DNA from: Candidatus Polarisedimenticolia bacterium
GTDB taxonomy: Bacteria > Acidobacteriota > Polarisedimenticolia > JACPZX01 > DASXTC01
NCBI GenBank assembly: GCA_035281445.1
Contig: DATEEA010000030.1
Span: 2,332-66,331 of the forward strand
Reading direction: 5' to 3'
DNA: 64,000 nt
Below the pieces are notes generated by a model. That model was not told where the DNA came from, did not search any database, and worked only from the letters and a program-made list of their open reading frames with translations. Positions 1 to 7,853 of the stretch are shown here, in pieces (position 1 is the stretch's first letter; each line of letters starts with the position of its first letter). The translations under genes and the position numbers were made by a program.

Positions 1-2024
1 AGGCTCGTTGTCGTCGCCGCGGCTTCAAGCCCTGCGTCATCGTCTGCGTCCATTGCAGCGATATCATCGGCAGAGCGAAGGAGCGCCGCGATCTCCTCCA
101 GGTGTCCTTCCTTCTGCGTAATGACAGCATCGAGGGGGCCGTAGTCGAGTGTCAGCGTAACGATTTGTCCCAAACTCAAGCCCGCTGCCTGGAGCGTGGT
201 CGCGTGCTCGGTTTCCAGCTCCGTAAGGCTCGCCACCTCGCGGGCAATGGCCTGCCGGAGTTGCCGTAGCTGCTCTACGGTGGTGCTGGTTTCGACCTGC
301 TCGATTTCACGCTGCGCGATCTGCTCGGACAGCTCGGCGATCTTTCGCGTGAGATCTTCGACCTGCGTGGTTTCCGCAGACGGCCCGGCCGTCTCCGCTT
401 CGGGATTCGGCTTTTCCTCCGGGCAGGTCTTGCCGTGCGCCTCGATATCCTCTTTCTTCAGCCTGAGCTTCTCTTCGAGTTCCTTGCGGTAGTCCTCGGT
501 GAGTTTCTTCTCGATGGCGACGACCTTCGCATTGGCCTGGTGAAGCTCCTGCTTCTTCTCGGCGATGTCCTTCTCGGCCTGCTGGGTCCGATACTTGATT
601 AGGTCGTCGAGATCAGACTTTCCGTGCTGGTCCTGCGGCTTAACATATCGGAAGATCACTTCGTTGAGTGTCGCCCGGAACTCGTCGTCCGCGATATTCG
701 CGCAAATCCGCTCCAGGTACTTTTGCGGCAGGTATTCGACCTTCTCGGGCAGATGCGTCGCGGTCTGCTCGTCAAGCGTTTTCTTATCAGGCTCGCCTTG
801 ATGCCAGTTCAGTGTAGCCTCGAAATGTTTCGCACATCCGGCCTTGAGGAATTTCTCCTTATTCAGAAACGAGAACAGCTCTTCGGGCCTTCCGCCCGCA
901 AGGCCCTTGGATATCTGGTTGTGGCTGTTGCCGAGCAGTCCGATTACATCCGTGACCGCGCTTTTCCCGCTGCCCTTGTTGCCGATGACCGCGACAAGCT
1001 CTTTGCCGAGGGCTATCCTCTCGTCGCAGAACCAGGTGCCGTGCTGTTCCTTGCGGTATCCGGCAATGCAGTCGAGTTGCAGTGATGCGATGTAGCGCGT
1101 CCCGTTCTGCCTGACGCGGCGCTCGGCCTCCGGCTCGGCTCCGATATGAACGCGGTTGGCCGGCTCGAAGACGATCTGCTTCAGACCTTCGTAGGTGAGA
1201 TCGGCCTTGATCCAGGTCGGCTCCAGCACGACGCCGTCCGCAGGAGTCGTGAAAACTTGCCCGAGTTTCGCATCGAGATCGGCAAGGGAGTGAGCATCGC
1301 AGCCAGAAAGCACGGGCTTGGGTTCCGTGTACTCTGACTTATCTTGGGCCCGCGAGCGGCTGAGGAACCACTCGACATTCTCGGCATTGCCGAAGAATGC
1401 GTCGCTGAACTTATCCAGCTCATCCGATAGCTCAGCCTTCCTCTTGACGCCCGGCTTCGCGCGAATGCCGTCATTGTTCGCCGCGGTGACAATCAGGACG
1501 TGGTCAAGGAGGTCGGCATCCCGTCCGTAGGTCTCGGTGAGAGCCTTCCGGATATACTCTCGAGTCGTCGTAGCCGATTCGAAATCGGCAGTCCGCGTGA
1601 GTTCGCTGGCCTTGACATCACGGTCCAAACGATCGGTTCTAGTGAGATTGAGAGCGCTGAGAAAGAACTTGATGCGGCTATCGCAATCGGGCTGAAAGGG
1701 GTTGAAGAGTAGGTGAACGTTGACCTCCTCTTCCGCCTTGTTAACGACGTAGTTGGTCCGCAACTCGACGTTGGGAAAGAACACCTTTGGGGAATCTCGA
1801 TACCGCTTCCGGTATTCGGCAACGGCAGTGAAGTAGCATTCGGCGGAGAAATAATCCGTGATGCCGAACGCCTGCACATCAGACTCATGCAGCCTTCGGC
1901 AATACGCATCCCACAATTCGGCGCCGTCCGGCGCGCGGAACTGGTTGTTGAGTTTCGTTCCAGGCGCGTGGAGGTGGAGATCCCACTTTCTCCACTCTGA
2001 GCCCCTAGGTGAGTTCGCAATCAT
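1..2024 (-). CDS. Large PHP-domain + P-loop (SMC/RecF/OLD-like) ATPase with coiled coil. The C-terminus runs off the window start. Ppl-like candidate defence protein.
   Basis: Own translation of the minus strand, in a frame absent from the track because there is no in-window stop. It starts MIANSPRGSEWRKWDLHLHAPGT, giving the PHP HxH motif. Further on is SGCDAHS, a PHP Asp-His motif. About 345 aa in comes LVAVIGNKGSGKSAVTD, a Walker A. That is followed by more than 250 aa of Glu/Lys/Leu-rich heptad-like sequence (coiled coil). The ATG is at ~2024 and the frame closes upstream at a TAG. GC is lower than the window background. Confidence 0.7.
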   Translation of the reverse strand, partial: MIANSPRGSEWRKWDLHLHAPGTKLNNQFRAPDGAELWDAYCRRLHESDVQAFGITDYFSAECYFTAVAEYRKRYRDSPKVFFPNVELRTNYVVNKAEEEVNVHLLFNPFQPDCDSRIKFFLSALNLTRTDRLDRDVKASELTRTADFESATTTREYIRKALTETYGRDADLLDHVLIVTAANNDGIRAKPGVKRKAELSDELDKFSDAFFGNAENVEWFLSRSRAQDKSEYTEPKPVLSGCDAHSLADLDAKLGQVFTTPADGVVLEPTWIKADLTYEGLKQIVFEPANRVHIGAEPEAERRVRQNGTRYIASLQLDCIAGYRKEQHGTWFCDERIALGKELVAVIGNKGSGKSAVTDVIGLLGNSHNQISKGLAGGRPEELFSFLNKEKFLKAGCAKHFEATLNWHQGEPDKKTLDEQTATHLPEKVEYLPQKYLERICANIADDEFRATLNEVIFRYVKPQDQHGKSDLDDLIKYRTQQAEKDIAEKKQELHQANAKVVAIEKKLTEDYRKELEEKLRLKKEDIEAHGKTCPEEKPNPEAETAGPSAETTQVEDLTRKIAELSEQIAQREIEQVETSTTVEQLRQLRQAIAREVASLTELETEHATTLQAAGLSLGQIVTLTLDYGPLDAVITQKEGHLEEIAALLRSADDIAAMDADDDAGLEAAATTTS

Positions 2025-2325
2025 CGCATTTCGCTTCCAGGCTGGATCCCATGACGCGTATTCCACGATTCTCTGTATCCGCCCGATGACCGCGGATCTT
2101 GACGGCTCCCCTGCAGTGCCGCTTGGCGGGGAAACACCAGGTGTTTGACAGGGGCTCACATGGCCCGCCGCAGGATTCTACCATTGTTCCGGAGGCACCG
2201 GACCGCTGAGACGTTGTGTCGCCGCCGTGCAGTGGGGCCTGAGGACTCTTCTCCGGCGTAAGATTCTCATGGAGGAGGGAAAACTGTGGTGGGTCGCGGA
2301 GTAGTAGCCGGAAACCTTTCCGAAG

Positions 2326-2353
2326 GAAAAAGCCAAGGCATGATGCCTTGGCT
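2326..2353 (-). terminator. Rho-independent terminator between the 123-aa hypothetical gene and the PHP-ATPase gene.
   Basis: The inverted repeat agccaaggcat-g-atgccttggct is perfect (11 bp stem). On the minus-strand transcript it is followed by a UUUUU run, the complement of aaaaa at 2326-2330. Confidence 0.6.
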
Positions 2354-2367
2354 CTTGATGTGGCCGC

Positions 2368-2739
2368 TCAGGAAGTGCGAAACGCTTCCTGGAAGCCGCG
2401 GTTGATTCGGGACAGGAGGTCGAAGGCGCTGCGCACGCTGCGGGTCCGGTGGGTCGCGTAGTGCGTCGCTGTGTTGTAGGCGTCGAAGATGTTCGAGAGC
2501 CCCTTCCTGGTCAGATGGTCAGTGAGTGTCCGGGATGCGAGGCTCGGAAGCCCTTCCAGCACGGGCTGAAGCGGGTGCCAGGTGCAGGACCGCTGCGTCC
2601 ATGTCCGATAGAGTTCGAGGATCGCATCGAAGCCCGTGAGGTACGACGCGAGCTGCTCGGCGACGCTCTCGATCGGGATCTCGCCGGCGTGGACGGACAT
2701 GAACCCGCCGGCGAACACGCCGCCTCCACCCACCGCCAA
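2368..2739 (-). CDS. Hypothetical protein (123 aa) immediately upstream of the PHP-ATPase gene.
   Basis: A track ORF of 123 aa with an alternative internal start MSVHAGE. It contains no Arg-rich shadow-frame signature and I recognise no family. The terminator hairpin sits directly downstream. Confidence 0.45.
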   Translation of the reverse strand: MAVGGGGVFAGGFMSVHAGEIPIESVAEQLASYLTGFDAILELYRTWTQRSCTWHPLQPVLEGLPSLASRTLTDHLTRKGLSNIFDAYNTATHYATHRTRSVRSAFDLLSRINRGFQEAFRTS

Positions 2740-2999
2740 GTTCGTGCAGACGAACCGGAACGCTCCGATGTGGACCGTCTAGTCCAATCGCCCAAATCGT
2801 CTCAAAAAGGCCAGCGGTTATCAAGAGTATCCCACCTCACATCCCTATCCCGAGACATGGCCTAGCCAGTCAACTTTGCCGTCGAGTCGTCGAGCTCCTC
2901 CGCTAGAATCCGAAGTTGGTCGTAAACCTCTCTCAGATGCGCGATTTCGGTTGCATTCATAGTCACATAAACCTCTAGCGCCCTTACCGGAAAATACAT

Positions 3000-3360
3000 C
3001 AACAAGAGCTACAGATGATGAGATGGCAAGGCTTGCGGCCGACGTTGATCGGCTGATCCATAAGCATCACCCCGATCAACAAGGACCTCATCGACGAGCG
3101 GCTGGTCCAACTCAAGAACCGCCGCAGGGCGCTTGAGGCACGCCGCGATGAACTGACCTGGCACGCTGAGCGCAAGGTGGACCTCGAGGCCGCCACGCGC
3201 GCCGCGTTGGCCTACTTGACGCGGTTCCGGGGGGGCCTAGGCCACGGGACCTTCCTTGAGCAAGAGGAGCTGATCGCCGCCTTCGTCGATGGAATCCATC
3301 CTCCACCCGGTCAACAAGACTGGGACGCTGAAGCTCCGCTTGCGGCGTCTTTATGGTAAC
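3000..3360 (+). pseudogene. Frameshifted remnant ORF, possibly a recombinase or transposase C-terminal fragment.
   Basis: Two adjacent frames read ...DEMARLAADVDRLIHK and then ...INKDLIDERLVQLKNRRRALEARRDELTWHAERKVDLEAATRAALAYLTRFRGGLGHGTFLEQEELIAAFVDGIHPPPGQQDWDAEAPLAASLW*. The second, ~95-aa, frame has no start codon. It has coiled-coil character reminiscent of recombinase C-terminal regions and lies in an AT-richer block. Confidence 0.3.
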
Positions 3361-3450
3361 CGGAGCATGCGCCGGCTGGGGATCCCGTACGACGAGGGCA
3401 AGTGCCCCGCATGAAAGCCGCGCAAGGTGCGGTCTTGGTCGGGCGGACCC

Positions 3451-3479
3451 TTGACACTCCCCGTGGGCTGCGGTATAAA
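3451..3479 (+). promoter_or_regulatory. Sigma70-like promoter upstream of hup.
   Basis: TTGACA at 3451-3456 and TATAAA at 3474-3479 are separated by a 17-nt spacer. A GGGGAGG ribosome-binding site precedes the ATG at 3555. Confidence 0.5.
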
Positions 3480-3554
3480 GCGGCGCCTTGTTTCGCTGCA
3501 CCGTCCGGAACGTTTCCGTTTGGCATCGGCACAGTCCTCGGGGAGGTAAGCTGG

Positions 3555-3827
3555 ATGAACAAAGCGGACCTGATCGTCAAGTTGTCGAAGGACGCCGGCA
3601 TCACGAAGGAGAAGGCGAACCTGGCCATCGACTCGCTGGTCGACGGCGTCACCAAGGGGCTCAAGAAGGGCACGCGCGTGACCCTGGTCGGCTTCGGCAC
3701 CTTCTACAGCGCCAAGCGCAAGGCGCGCGTCGGCCGCAACCCGCAGACCGGAGAGACCATCCAGATCAAGGCCAAGCGGGTCGCCCGCTTCAAGCCGGGC
3801 AAGGAGCTGGAGTCGTCCATCCGCTAG
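3555..3827 (+). CDS. hup: HU/IHF-family nucleoid-associated DNA-binding protein.
   Basis: MNKADLIVKLSKDAGITKEKANLAIDSLVDGVTKGLKKGTRVTLVGFGTFYSAKRKARVGRNPQTGETIQIKAKRVARFKPGKELESSI is a canonical HU sequence and length. The internal ATG at 3555 with a ribosome-binding site is preferred over the track start at 3402. Confidence 0.9.
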   Translation: MNKADLIVKLSKDAGITKEKANLAIDSLVDGVTKGLKKGTRVTLVGFGTFYSAKRKARVGRNPQTGETIQIKAKRVARFKPGKELESSIR

Positions 3828-3848
3828 GCTCGAGCTGCCCCGCTCCGA

Positions 3849-3878
3849 CCAGGGTGGTGTCGGAGGATGCCACCCTGG
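3849..3878 (+). terminator. Stem-loop downstream of hup.
   Basis: ccagggtgg-(12 nt)-ccaccctgg forms a perfect 9-bp stem. There is no clear U-tract. Confidence 0.35.
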
Positions 3879-4061
3879 CCGAGCCCCCCGACGGGCCGGA
3901 ATCCGCCGCCGGTGCTGCACAGTCAGAGCAACCGCTCCGTGCCCTCGCCGGGATACGGCTTGACGCTGGCCCCCCCTCGCGGTATCTGTAGGCAACCTCT
4001 ATTTATAGCCGTCTGGGTGCGTTCGGGCGCTGTCTCACCTTCCCTTTGGAGGCTCCCCAAA

Positions 4062-4718
4062 ATGACGATCGCAAGTCGCTGGATCATCGGCTTGCGCGGC
4101 CCGGGGCTGGCCCTGGCCCTGCTGGCGCTGGCGGTTCCTGCCCATGCCACCACGTTGAAAAGGATGGACTTGTCCGAGCTGGTGCGCGGTGCGGACCGGG
4201 TGGTCCATGCCCGGGCGGCCGGCACCAGGGTCTACTGGGACCCCAGCGGCACCCAGATCTACACCGACACCCGCTTCGAGGTGGTGGAGGAGGCCAAGGG
4301 GCGCGGGCCCCGCACCCTCACCCTCACCACCCTGGGCGGGAGGATGGGAGAGGTGGTCATGTCGGTGGAGGGGACGCCGGCCTTCGAGCAGGGGAGCGAG
4401 GCGGTGCTGTTCACCGCCGCGGCGCCGGACGGAAGGCGCCATCTGGTGGGCTTTTCGCAGGGGGTGATGCGCGTCATCGAGGATTCGCGGACCGGGGACC
4501 GGTTCGCGGTCAGCGAGACCCCGGCGGGGGTCACGGTCATGGAGCGGACCGGGACCGGGCTGGCTCCCGTCAGGCCGCGCCGGCAGAGGGCGAGCCTGCC
4601 GCAGCTTCTCGATGAGATCCGCCGCATCGCGCAGGGCGAGCCCGCCGGCCCCAGGCTGCTGTCCCGGCCGCAGAAGGCCGCCGGGGCCGCGCCCGCTCCG
4701 CAGGAGGGGAGGCCATGA
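4062..4718 (+). CDS. Secreted hypothetical protein (~218 aa) co-transcribed with the downstream metalloprotease.
   Basis: There is an internal ATG with a GGAGG ribosome-binding site. The signal peptide is MTIASRWIIGLRGPGLALALLALAVPAHA. The stop overlaps the start of the next gene (ATGA). Confidence 0.55.
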   Translation: MTIASRWIIGLRGPGLALALLALAVPAHATTLKRMDLSELVRGADRVVHARAAGTRVYWDPSGTQIYTDTRFEVVEEAKGRGPRTLTLTTLGGRMGEVVMSVEGTPAFEQGSEAVLFTAAAPDGRRHLVGFSQGVMRVIEDSRTGDRFAVSETPAGVTVMERTGTGLAPVRPRRQRASLPQLLDEIRRIAQGEPAGPRLLSRPQKAAGAAPAPQEGRP

Positions 4719-7330
4719 GACTCCATCATCTGGCGGCGCTGGCCGGCCTGGCCGGCGCCCTGCTCCTGGCGGGCGGGCAGCCCCAGGCCACGGGCAACCT
4801 GGAGGTCATCACCCAAAGCGGCACCGCCATCGGCAACCGGGTGTGGCACGCCAACTCCATCCCTATCGTCTGGCAGTACAACGACCCCACCACCGTCGGC
4901 ACGTGCAGCTACAGCTCCACCAACGCCCCCGCGATGACGCTGCTGCCCGCCCTGCAGGCGGCCTACGACGCCTGGGAGGTGGACCCCGACTCGGCTCTGG
5001 ACTTCACCTACGGGGGGACCACCGCCACGCGCAACGTCGGAAACGACGGGGTCAACGTGGTGACCTTCTGCGACTCGGTCGTGCTGCAGTCCAACCAGGG
5101 GTTTCTCGCCAGCACCCCGTCCACGGCCCTCGCCTCCCAGATCACCGTGACGGCGGGGGGCGGCTGTCCCGCCGGGCAGGGGATCCTCGACGCCAACGGG
5201 CCGCAGCCTCCGGCCGGGTTCTGCTTCCCGGTGGGGACCTACCCGGCCGGCACGACCATCGACGCCGACATCCGGTTCAACACCTTCGGGACGTTCGAGC
5301 AGGCCAACTTCTCCACCAACAACACGATCGGCACCTCCGACGTGCAGGCGGTCATGACCCATGAAATCGGTCACTTCTTCGGCCTGTCGCACGATCCGAT
5401 CCCGCAGGCGGTCATGTTCCCGTTCGTGGACGACGAGCCGGCCAGCGACGGGATGGGGCAGAGGGTGCTCAAGCGGTCGGACCTGAGCACGGCGGGGCAC
5501 TTCTACCCCGCCGCCAGCTTCGGCGTCAACTTCGGCAGCATCACCGGGTTCATCTCGCTCGACGGGGTGGACGCCGACGGGGTCCACGTCGCGGCCATCG
5601 ACCCCTCCACCATGCTGGGGGTCTCCGGGCGCTTCGCCATCTCCCGGTTCGAGGACAGCCTGGCCCTGGGCCCGGACGGGCCCGACTTCGCGGCCAACGG
5701 CGCCGGATTCTACAGGATCGACGGGCTCCCCCCTGGCGACTACTACGTGTATGTCGAGTACTTCGACAACTCCGACTTCATCTCGGGGCGGCTGGTCAAC
5801 CGGTACAACACGACGGTGGGGAACTCCAACGTCTCCAACGGCAATTCGGGATCGACCGGCCAGGTCGGGAGCTGGCTGGGGTTCATACCGGCCCTGGCCG
5901 AGTTCCACAACGCCGGCGACTCGGGGCACGGCGGCAACGGCATCGATCCGGGGACGGCGCTGGACAACTCCGACGTGGCCACGCTGGTCCCGGTCACGGC
6001 GGGGACGGTGACCTCCAACGTCAACATCGCCATCAACATCGAGCCGGTCAACGGCCAGACGGCCGTCAACCGCCAGAACCCGACCACCCGCAACACGCTC
6101 CCCAACGATCTGCTCGGGACCAACGACATCATCACCGCCTTCCTGCTGGAGGAGGGAGACGACGACTGGTGGGCGATCCGCTTCCCGGCTTCCGCCCTGC
6201 CGCCGGTTCCCTTCAACGTGGCCGAGGGGCAGTGGATGAAGGCGGGGCTGAGCACCATGCCCATGGTCACCCGGCTGGCCTTCGCCGACCCCAACAGCCC
6301 CTCGAATCCGGCGCTCAACGACCCGGTGGTGGCCTCCGCCGGGCGGGTGCTGACCGGCGGCCCCGGCGGCACGCTGCCCGCGGGGGACTTCATCGACGTC
6401 CGGGACCAGTGGAACGTGACCGTGACGCAGGCCCAGGATGTCTGGATCCTCATCAACCAGCCGGAGTCCGACCCCAACATCACCTTCCTGACCGAGGGGT
6501 TCTTCGCCCTGGTGGCCCAGACCCAGGGGGGCGCCGCCCGCGTGAACAACACGCGCCTGACCATCAACGGTGGGGCGAGCTGGTCCACGTTCACCCAGGG
6601 GGATGTCTTCTACGACCTGATCCTGGAGGCCGACCCGCCGGTCATGATCACCGGCGCCTCTCCCGCCTCGATGAACGCCTTGCAGACGGCAGACGTGGAC
6701 ATCAACGGCCTGGGCTTCCAGATGGGGGCGGCGGTGGACTTCGGCCCGTTCGTGACGGTCAACAACGTCACTTTCATGAGCCCCCAGCAGCTCCGGGCCA
6801 ACATCACCGTGGCCGCGGTGCCGGGCACGGCCCCGGTGGCGGTGAACGTGAAGGTCACCAACCCGGACGTGGTCTTCCCCAACGTGGCCAGGGTCTTCAG
6901 CCTCGTCCCGGTCCAGGACACCGACCTCGACGGCACCCCGGACACCGAGGACTGCGCGCCGGGCGACTCTTCCATCCAGCACCCGGCGACGGAGGTGGCC
7001 AACCTGCTGGTGGCCGACCTGGGCGGCTCGACACAGCTCACCTGGGACAGCCAGGACATGGCCAGCGGCACGGCGACCGTGTATGACGTCGTGACCGGCA
7101 TCGCCGGCGACCTCAGGACCACACCGGGCTACGGGATGGCGCAGTGCGGGGCGGACAACCACGCCGACTCGCCGTTTGTGGACATGAACCCGGATCCGCC
7201 CCTGGACGGCATCCGCTACTGGCTGGTGAGGGCGTTCAACGGCTGCACGGCGGGCTCGGGGACGTACGGCGACAGCAACGTGGCGCCCGACCCCAGAGAC
7301 GCGCTCGACGCGGGAGTCCCCTGCCCTTAG
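4715..7330 (+). CDS. Secreted zinc metalloprotease of the metzincin/matrixin type (871 aa) with a large beta-rich C-terminal extension.
   Basis: There is an N-terminal signal peptide. HEIGHFFGLSHD matches the HExxHxxGxxH zinc-binding motif and AVMFP is a Met-turn. The C-terminus has a TSP3-like DTDLDGTPDTEDC motif and a Cys-rich tail. Confidence 0.85.
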   Translation: MRLHHLAALAGLAGALLLAGGQPQATGNLEVITQSGTAIGNRVWHANSIPIVWQYNDPTTVGTCSYSSTNAPAMTLLPALQAAYDAWEVDPDSALDFTYGGTTATRNVGNDGVNVVTFCDSVVLQSNQGFLASTPSTALASQITVTAGGGCPAGQGILDANGPQPPAGFCFPVGTYPAGTTIDADIRFNTFGTFEQANFSTNNTIGTSDVQAVMTHEIGHFFGLSHDPIPQAVMFPFVDDEPASDGMGQRVLKRSDLSTAGHFYPAASFGVNFGSITGFISLDGVDADGVHVAAIDPSTMLGVSGRFAISRFEDSLALGPDGPDFAANGAGFYRIDGLPPGDYYVYVEYFDNSDFISGRLVNRYNTTVGNSNVSNGNSGSTGQVGSWLGFIPALAEFHNAGDSGHGGNGIDPGTALDNSDVATLVPVTAGTVTSNVNIAINIEPVNGQTAVNRQNPTTRNTLPNDLLGTNDIITAFLLEEGDDDWWAIRFPASALPPVPFNVAEGQWMKAGLSTMPMVTRLAFADPNSPSNPALNDPVVASAGRVLTGGPGGTLPAGDFIDVRDQWNVTVTQAQDVWILINQPESDPNITFLTEGFFALVAQTQGGAARVNNTRLTINGGASWSTFTQGDVFYDLILEADPPVMITGASPASMNALQTADVDINGLGFQMGAAVDFGPFVTVNNVTFMSPQQLRANITVAAVPGTAPVAVNVKVTNPDVVFPNVARVFSLVPVQDTDLDGTPDTEDCAPGDSSIQHPATEVANLLVADLGGSTQLTWDSQDMASGTATVYDVVTGIAGDLRTTPGYGMAQCGADNHADSPFVDMNPDPPLDGIRYWLVRAFNGCTAGSGTYGDSNVAPDPRDALDAGVPCP

Positions 7331-7340
7331 GCAAGGGGCG

Positions 7341-7853
7341 CTACTCCAGGACGATCAGGGTCTCGCCGGTCTCCACGGTCCGGCCCGGGGAGACGAGCAC
7401 CTGCCTGACCACCGCGTCGCGGGGGGCGGCGATCTCGTTTTCCATCTTCATCGCCTCCACCACCACCAGTCCCTGGCGGGCGGCGACGCGGGCTCCGGGC
7501 TCGACCAGCACGCGCAGCACCCTGCCGGGCATGACGGCGGCGACACGCAGGCGCCCGCCCGCCTCGGCCGCGCGGCGCGAGGGCCCCGCCCCCGGCTCCT
7601 CGGGGACCACCTCGAAGCTCATCCCGCCCACCCGCACGCGCACCGCCCCGCGGGCGTGCTGGACGATCGCCTCATGCGACATCCCCTCGGTGAGGATGGA
7701 GAAGACCCGGTCCTGGGGCTCGGTCACGCTCAGGGCGTAGCCTCGGCCGTCCACCACCGCCCTGACCCCTCCCCGGCCGTCGTGCTCGAGCTCCACCTGG
7801 TGCAGGCTCTCCCCCACGCGGGCGCTGAAGCGGGTGGTGCTGCGCGCGGTCAT
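7341..7853 (-). CDS. Biotin carboxyl carrier / BT-hook + biotinyl domain protein (C-terminal portion of an acyl-CoA carboxylase alpha subunit).
   Basis: The tail of track frame 7341..8672 is read from MTARSTTRF. It carries the biotinyl-lysine motif EAMKMENEI. The start ATG overlaps the stop of the upstream biotin carboxylase (ATGA). Confidence 0.7.
   Translation of the reverse strand: MTARSTTRFSARVGESLHQVELEHDGRGGVRAVVDGRGYALSVTEPQDRVFSILTEGMSHEAIVQHARGAVRVRVGGMSFEVVPEEPGAGPSRRAAEAGGRLRVAAVMPGRVLRVLVEPGARVAARQGLVVVEAMKMENEIAAPRDAVVRQVLVSPGRTVETGETLIVLE

Noticed and set aside
2861-2960. 32-aa minus-strand ORF (MNATEIAHLREVYDQLRILAEELDDSTAKLTG) with a GAGG ribosome-binding site in the AT-rich spacer.
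   Set aside because: It is too short and unsupported to call as a gene. It could be a remnant or a chance ORF, and is mentioned only within the island finding.
3402-3554. Longer N-terminal extension of hup from the track ORF start.
   Set aside because: The extension overlaps a near-consensus TTGACA-17-TATAAA promoter. The conserved HU sequence starts at the ATG at 3555 with a GGGGAGG ribosome-binding site.
4259-7162. 967-aa minus-strand ORF antisense to the metalloprotease gene.
   Set aside because: Its extreme Arg/Gly/His/Val composition is typical of shadow frames in high-GC DNA. The plus-strand frame carries a clear signal peptide and the HExxH zinc motif.
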